Source: Candidatus Adlerbacteria bacterium
GTDB taxonomy: Bacteria > Patescibacteriota > Minisyncoccia > Phycocordibacterales > SBAW01
Length of the DNA stretch: 64,000 nt
Assembly: GCA_903851045.1 (NCBI GenBank)
Contig: CAINNF010000009.1
Coordinates: 6,525-70,524 of the forward strand
Reading direction: 5' to 3'
Shown: positions 59,909-64,000 of the stretch, piece by piece
How positions within the stretch are numbered: the stretch's first letter is position 1
Layout of the letters: each line of letters starts with the position of its first letter
Made by a program: the position numbers and the translations under genes
Notes under the pieces: model-generated
Told to the model about the DNA's origin: nothing
What the model saw: the letters and a program-made list of their open reading frames with translations, nothing else
Database searches by the model: none

Positions 59909-60262
59909 ATGAAGACTCGTTTCACTAGTGCTGCGGTCGGGCTCTTGCTCGCAGCCTCGGTTATGGTGCCTGGTGTCGTTTCTGCTTATTCATACTCTGG
60001 TTCGCAGATATGGAGTATTGGCTCCGGCTCGGGCTCTTCGAGCTCAAGCAGTTATGCGGGTGCCGCAAGCTGCAGCCTGAGCGCTTCGACCGTAAGCGGC
60101 GTCACCACGTTGAAGTGGACCGCCGCTGGCACGAGCATCACCCTCACGCCGTATGGCACGGTCGGCACGTCTGGCACCAAGACGACCACGGTCACGGGAC
60201 AGAAGTTCGTACTCACCGCAAAGAGCGGCACTGGTGTCGCCACTTGCTCGACCAGTAACTAA
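59909..60262 (+). CDS. Small secreted Ser/Thr/Gly-rich protein with a signal peptide
   Basis: SD AAGGAG 5 nt before the ATG. Signal 'LLLAASVMVPGVVSA', 117 aa, with a terminator after it. Confidence 0.6.
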   Translation: MKTRFTSAAVGLLLAASVMVPGVVSAYSYSGSQIWSIGSGSGSSSSSSYAGAASCSLSASTVSGVTTLKWTAAGTSITLTPYGTVGTSGTKTTTVTGQKFVLTAKSGTGVATCSTSN

Positions 60263-60279
60263 GTTCGAAGTTCCCTATC

Positions 60280-60324
60280 GGGCACATAAAAACCACGAGC
60301 AAAACTCGTGGTTTTTATGTGCCC
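60280..60324. terminator. Strong bidirectional terminator with a 20-bp perfect stem
   Basis: gggcacataaaaaccacgag-caaaa-ctcgtggtttttatgtgccc. Confidence 0.75.
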
Positions 60325-60406
60325 GACTAACTACTACGCAGCAGGGAGCGTGAACGTTGCAGGATCTGCACCACCAAGCAAAGTGTGCCGCTGGTGTCTG
60401 TTACGC

Positions 60407-60430
60407 AAAAACCGGCCAAAGCCGGTTTTT
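60407..60430. terminator. Bidirectional intrinsic terminator downstream of tRNA-Leu
   Basis: aaaaa-ccggc-caaa-gccgg-ttttt. Confidence 0.7.
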
Positions 60431-60436
60431 CCTTCG

Positions 60437-60521
60437 GTGCCCAGGAGAAGACTCGAACTTCCAATCCCTTGCGGGAGCTACCACCTCAAGGTAGTGCGTC
60501 TACCAATTTCGCCACCTGGGC
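60437..60521 (-). tRNA. tRNA-Leu (anticodon GAG), type II with a long variable arm
   Basis: Reverse complement GCCCAGGUGGCGAAAUUGGUAGACGCACUACCUUGAGGUGGUAG-CUCCCGCAAGGGAUU-GGAAGUUCGAGUCUUCU-CCUGGGCACC. The anticodon loop is UUGAGGU. Confidence 0.85.
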
Positions 60522-60580
60522 ATATGACGACCAAAAAAGCATGAGCACAAAAAGAAGTATAACCTAAAACAAAAGAGGCG

Positions 60581-61111
60581 CTAGGCGGCGACCTCTTCGG
60601 ACGTCTCGACTGCCGATGCCACAGGAACAGTGTCGATGCTGACATCTTCGGGTGCAGCTTCGATTGCTATATTCTCAACCTCCGCTTCTTCAGGCTTCCC
60701 TGAAGCAACGATAGAGACCTGGACCGACTTGCGCATAGCACGCTTCTGGTCACGAGATGCCTTATCACGGATAAAATAGAGCTTTGCGCGGCGAGTGCTC
60801 GCACGACGAAGAATCTCGATAGAATCGATCATGGGTGAGTAGAGCGGGAAGATCTTCTCGACACCAACACCGCTGGCAACCTTACGCACCGTGAAGGTAC
60901 CGCCCGCCTCGGAGCCATGCTTGACCGCCAACACGAGACCTTCGAATGCTTGGCGACGGGTGTTCTTGAGCGTCACCACCTTCTTGTCGGCACCCTTACC
61001 GAGCTTCAACTCGACGATGTTTTGCCATACACGAACGGTGTCGCCAGAACGAAGGCCAAGCGCCGCGCGCTCCTTCATATTGACCGGGGATGTTTTGACC
61101 AGTGATTTCAT
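60581..61111 (-). CDS. rplS: 50S ribosomal protein L19 with a C-terminal acidic extension
   Basis: 'GDTVRVWQNIVE...RRQAFEGLVLAVKHG...FTVRKVASGVGVEKIFPLYSPMIDSIEILRRASTRRAKLYFIRD'. Confidence 0.85.
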   Translation of the reverse strand: MKSLVKTSPVNMKERAALGLRSGDTVRVWQNIVELKLGKGADKKVVTLKNTRRQAFEGLVLAVKHGSEAGGTFTVRKVASGVGVEKIFPLYSPMIDSIEILRRASTRRAKLYFIRDKASRDQKRAMRKSVQVSIVASGKPEEAEVENIAIEAAPEDVSIDTVPVASAVETSEEVAA

Positions 61112-61146
61112 ATCTTTGTGTGTGCACGTAATCTACCACAGGGGGC

Positions 61147-61827
61147 TTATTTTCGCAATTTCTCCTCTGCGGCCAGAAAATCGGGTGGCAGCGGGGCCGA
61201 AAAGACCCTCTCTTCCCCGTTCGGGAGCGTGATGGTAAGCGACAGCGCGTGCAGTGCCAAGCGCTCGAAGCCAAGCATGGACATACGGCTTGGGGCATAG
61301 AGCTGGTCGCAGATGACCGGTCGTTGGATCGAAGCGAAGTGCACTCGGATCTGATGCGTACGCCCCGTTTTTGGTCGCACCTCTACGTAGGTCGCCGCCT
61401 TGTCGGGAGTAGAGTCGGATGATCGCTCGAGCACCTTGAACGTCGTGATGGCTTCGCGTAGTTGGCCATGGGGACGGGTGACCGAACGTGGCCCCTTCCC
61501 TCCCCGAGCGCTCCCTATGGGTTTGTCGATGATGCCACGCTCATCCTTGATGATGCCGTAGACGAACGCTCGATACACCTTGCGCACATCACGGTCGTGG
61601 AACTGCTCCTTCAAGAACTCATGCGCCGCTTCGGTCTTCGCGACGACCAACACACCTGACGTTTCCCGGTCGAGCCGATGTACCAAAAAATGCTCCGGGT
61701 ACTTTGTCTCCAGCCACGTCGTGAGTGCCGGGTAGTCGTGGATCCCATCCGGGTGGACGATAAGCCCCGTCGGTTTGTCGAGCACCACGACGGCGTCGTC
61801 TTCGTACAAGATAGTAGGTTCTCTCAT
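61147..61827 (-). CDS. RluA-family 23S rRNA/tRNA pseudouridine synthase
   Basis: Catalytic 'HRLDRETSGVLVVAKT'. The ATG at 61827 is preferred; the ORF track extends to 61872. Confidence 0.85.
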   Translation of the reverse strand: MREPTILYEDDAVVVLDKPTGLIVHPDGIHDYPALTTWLETKYPEHFLVHRLDRETSGVLVVAKTEAAHEFLKEQFHDRDVRKVYRAFVYGIIKDERGIIDKPIGSARGGKGPRSVTRPHGQLREAITTFKVLERSSDSTPDKAATYVEVRPKTGRTHQIRVHFASIQRPVICDQLYAPSRMSMLGFERLALHALSLTITLPNGEERVFSAPLPPDFLAAEEKLRK

Positions 61828-61897
61828 GCCACTTACCCTACAACATATATAGCAATATGGGAAGTCCATCATACCGGGTATCGTATACTAGTGGTAC

Positions 61898-64000
61898 TTG
61901 AAAAAACATTTCACACAGCATTTGCACCGTGCGCGGCGTGTCCTCACGACCTGTGCGAGAAAGATTCGGGATAGACGATATAGGCCCTACGTCGTTGGCG
62001 GCATAGCGTTGAGCGTGCTCGTCACACTCATACCGCTGCATCTCATGGAACAACGGCTACTGTCCAGATACCACGCCCTGGAGTCCGTCACCATCGAGGA
62101 CAGGAACGGCGTCGTGCTGATCGAACTCCCGAACCAAAACGGTGCATACGGCATATATACGGATACGATTCCACCGCGAGTACAAGAATTATTGTTGCAT
62201 AAGGAAGACCGCTATTTTTATCTCCATCCCGGCATCAACCCGTTCAGTATCGTACGAGCGACCGTTCAGTATCTGACCGGCCACCGAGTCGGCGGGGCAA
62301 GCACTATCACCCAGCAGCTCGTCAAGAACATCTTAGGTACGGGGCAGGACCGATCGATCGGCAACAAACTCATGGAGATGGTGTACGCGCTCGATCTGGA
62401 ACTGTTCACTTCAAAAGAAGAGATCCTCATCATGTATGCGAACACGGTGTACATGGGCAACCAGATAGAAGGTCTGCATGGTGCAAGCGAACTCTATTTC
62501 GATACGAAGCTCGAACACCTGGATGACACGAAGATCATGATGCTGCTCGCCACCCTCTCGAGCCCGAGTACCCGAAATCCGTGGCGAGACGACAATGCGA
62601 CCGCCTCTCGAAACTTGGCACACCGACTCGGTGTCATCTTCGACCCAAAGGAGGCCCTCGTCACCCAGGCACACACCTATGTGCCTCCACGAAGTTTCGA
62701 ACTTAGCTCGATGCATCAGTCATGTGTCGTGAGCTGTCGAACGACCCTTGATGCAGACCTCACGAACCGTCTGCGCACCATACTCGACCAACATGTGCAA
62801 CTGGGGTGGGGCGTGGGTGCGCGGAGCGGCGCGATCGTCGTACTGAAGCTGCCCGAAAACGAGGTGCTCGCGGTCGTGGGGACACCAGACACTGAAAGTT
62901 ACGAGTCGGGTCAGCAAATCAACATGGCCATACAACCGCGGCCGATCGGGTCGACCGCAAAACCCTTCATCTATCTCGAAGGCTTCGCGAAGGGTCTTCG
63001 ACCGTATACGCTCGTCAATGACCGCGAGTACAAGTTCCCAATCGGCAACGGCTTTCCCCTATATCCAAAAAATTATGACGGTACCTATCGAGGATGGATC
63101 ACGCTACACACCGCGCTCTCGAACAGTTTGAACGTGCCTACCGTGAAAGTGCTCCAATACGTCGGGCTTCCGACCTTCTACACCTTTCTCGAACATACGC
63201 TCGGCTTTACTCCGCTCCAAGATCTCGACACCTACCGATACGGCATCGCGCTAGGAGCGCTCGAGATGGACCCGCTCACGTTGGCGCACCTCCTGAGCAT
63301 CTTTCCCCAAGAGGGTGTGTTGGCACCGTTACACCTCTTTCTCTCCGGCACGACGACCACGACCATCGCAACGCCGATGTCGCGTACGACCAGTACGAAA
63401 ATGGTCGCCGACCCGGCGTTCACGGAACTCGTGACGAAAGTATTGAACGATCGCCTCACGGGGGTCCAGCAATTCGGACTAGCGAGCAGCCTCAATCTGT
63501 CACAGTCGAACTATGCGGTCAAAACAGGCACCTCGCAGGATTACCACGACAGCTGGACGGTCGGCTACACTCCCGACTTTCTCGTCGTCGTTTGGTTTGG
63601 GAATCCCGACAACACCCCACTGCAACACGTGACCGGACAGTCGGGGGCCGGTAGTATCTGGCATGATGCCATGGAACTGCTCATGAACACCGACTATAAC
63701 AAACACACGCCACTGAACTTCTCTCACGTCGAGGATGTCACGATCAACAACAGCATCGACTTTGGATCGCAAGGGGATGTCGTCACGGAGCACCAACACC
63801 TGCTTCCCGACGACACCTTGATCACCTCCCCGCAGGACGGTGACACGTTCCTGCAAGAAGCGCATACGAATATCCCGCTCGTGTCACCAGAGTCGGTGTC
63901 GTGGTACGTGAACGGAGCGCTCATCGGAACCGGCTCGCGAGTCACCTTCTCCCCCACCACCGCAAATGATTACACCATCAAAGCCGTGAGCACTCGCGGC
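61898..64000 (+). CDS. Class A penicillin-binding protein (bifunctional glycosyltransferase/transpeptidase, PBP1A-like), 3'-truncated by the window edge
   Basis: The frame is open from 61892 to the window end and is not in the ORF track. It has an N-terminal TM (YVVGGIALSVLVTLIPL), the GT51 motif 'GASTITQQLVKN', and transpeptidase motifs SxxK 'IGSTAKPF', SxN 'SLNVP' and 'VKTGTSQD'. The start is uncertain: TTG at 61898 or 61922, or ATG at 62045. Confidence 0.8.
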   Translation, partial: MKKHFTQHLHRARRVLTTCARKIRDRRYRPYVVGGIALSVLVTLIPLHLMEQRLLSRYHALESVTIEDRNGVVLIELPNQNGAYGIYTDTIPPRVQELLLHKEDRYFYLHPGINPFSIVRATVQYLTGHRVGGASTITQQLVKNILGTGQDRSIGNKLMEMVYALDLELFTSKEEILIMYANTVYMGNQIEGLHGASELYFDTKLEHLDDTKIMMLLATLSSPSTRNPWRDDNATASRNLAHRLGVIFDPKEALVTQAHTYVPPRSFELSSMHQSCVVSCRTTLDADLTNRLRTILDQHVQLGWGVGARSGAIVVLKLPENEVLAVVGTPDTESYESGQQINMAIQPRPIGSTAKPFIYLEGFAKGLRPYTLVNDREYKFPIGNGFPLYPKNYDGTYRGWITLHTALSNSLNVPTVKVLQYVGLPTFYTFLEHTLGFTPLQDLDTYRYGIALGALEMDPLTLAHLLSIFPQEGVLAPLHLFLSGTTTTTIATPMSRTTSTKMVADPAFTELVTKVLNDRLTGVQQFGLASSLNLSQSNYAVKTGTSQDYHDSWTVGYTPDFLVVVWFGNPDNTPLQHVTGQSGAGSIWHDAMELLMNTDYNKHTPLNFSHVEDVTINNSIDFGSQGDVVTEHQHLLPDDTLITSPQDGDTFLQEAHTNIPLVSPESVSWYVNGALIGTGSRVTFSPTTANDYTIKAVSTRG

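Noticed and set aside
63094-63654. ORF 63094..63654 (+) and the minus-strand ORFs 63232..63495 and 63500..63865
   Set aside because: They are out of frame with, or antisense to, a continuous open frame carrying unmistakable PBP transpeptidase motifs (STAK, SLN, KTGT). The PBP frame is not in the ORF track only because it has no stop codon inside the window.

Overview
This is a gene-dense chromosomal window from a high-GC bacterium. The GC estimate is by eye: roughly 55-60% overall, with several lower-GC patches. The gene content looks like a small-genome, Patescibacteria (CPR)-like organism. That assignment is an inference from an intron-bearing 23S rRNA, a 23S-5S locus with no 16S within about 4 kb on either side, very large Thr/Gly-rich surface proteins, many aminoacyl-tRNA synthetases and a nucleotide-salvage cluster. 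No 16S rRNA is present in the window to confirm it. Working from the sequence and the six-frame ORF track, I called about 65 CDSs. These include housekeeping genes (ftsK, recA, efp, rpsF-ssb-rpsR, secE-nusG-rplK, rplJ-rplL, rplS, metG, glyQS, ileS, argS, glyA, dut, thyA, folA, tatD, recO, rluA-family, a PBP1A running off the right edge, ftsW, a GT4 glycosyltransferase), a RelE/ParE-type toxin-antitoxin pair, and an ECF sigma factor with a putative anti-sigma partner. I also called 23S and 5S rRNA on the minus strand, tRNA-His(GUG) and tRNA-Leu(GAG), and about 15 hairpin plus T-tract intrinsic terminators, many of them bidirectional. The most interesting signals: (1) a roughly 508-nt group I-like intron in 23S at the I-CreI-type site, with a recognisable P1 ending in a U-G wobble and a tRNA-like segment inside it; (2) an IleRS carrying a roughly 200-aa histidine-phosphatase (RHG/PGAM-like) domain inserted in the middle; (3) a pyrimidine deoxynucleotide island (dut, deoxyribosyltransferase-like, a divergent thyA flanked by two HIT/GalT-like genes, a dCMP-deaminase fusion, a cytidylyltransferase-like gene, folA, a GATase, a transglutaminase-like gene); (4) a conserved motif immediately upstream of the start codons of rplL, rplJ, rplK, nusG and rpsR; (5) a G9 homopolymer in the 5' region of a large surface-protein gene, a phase-variation candidate; (6) a roughly 190-nt pure polypurine tract; (7) a lower-GC islet beside tRNA-His carrying an APH-family kinase. 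No CRISPR array was seen.
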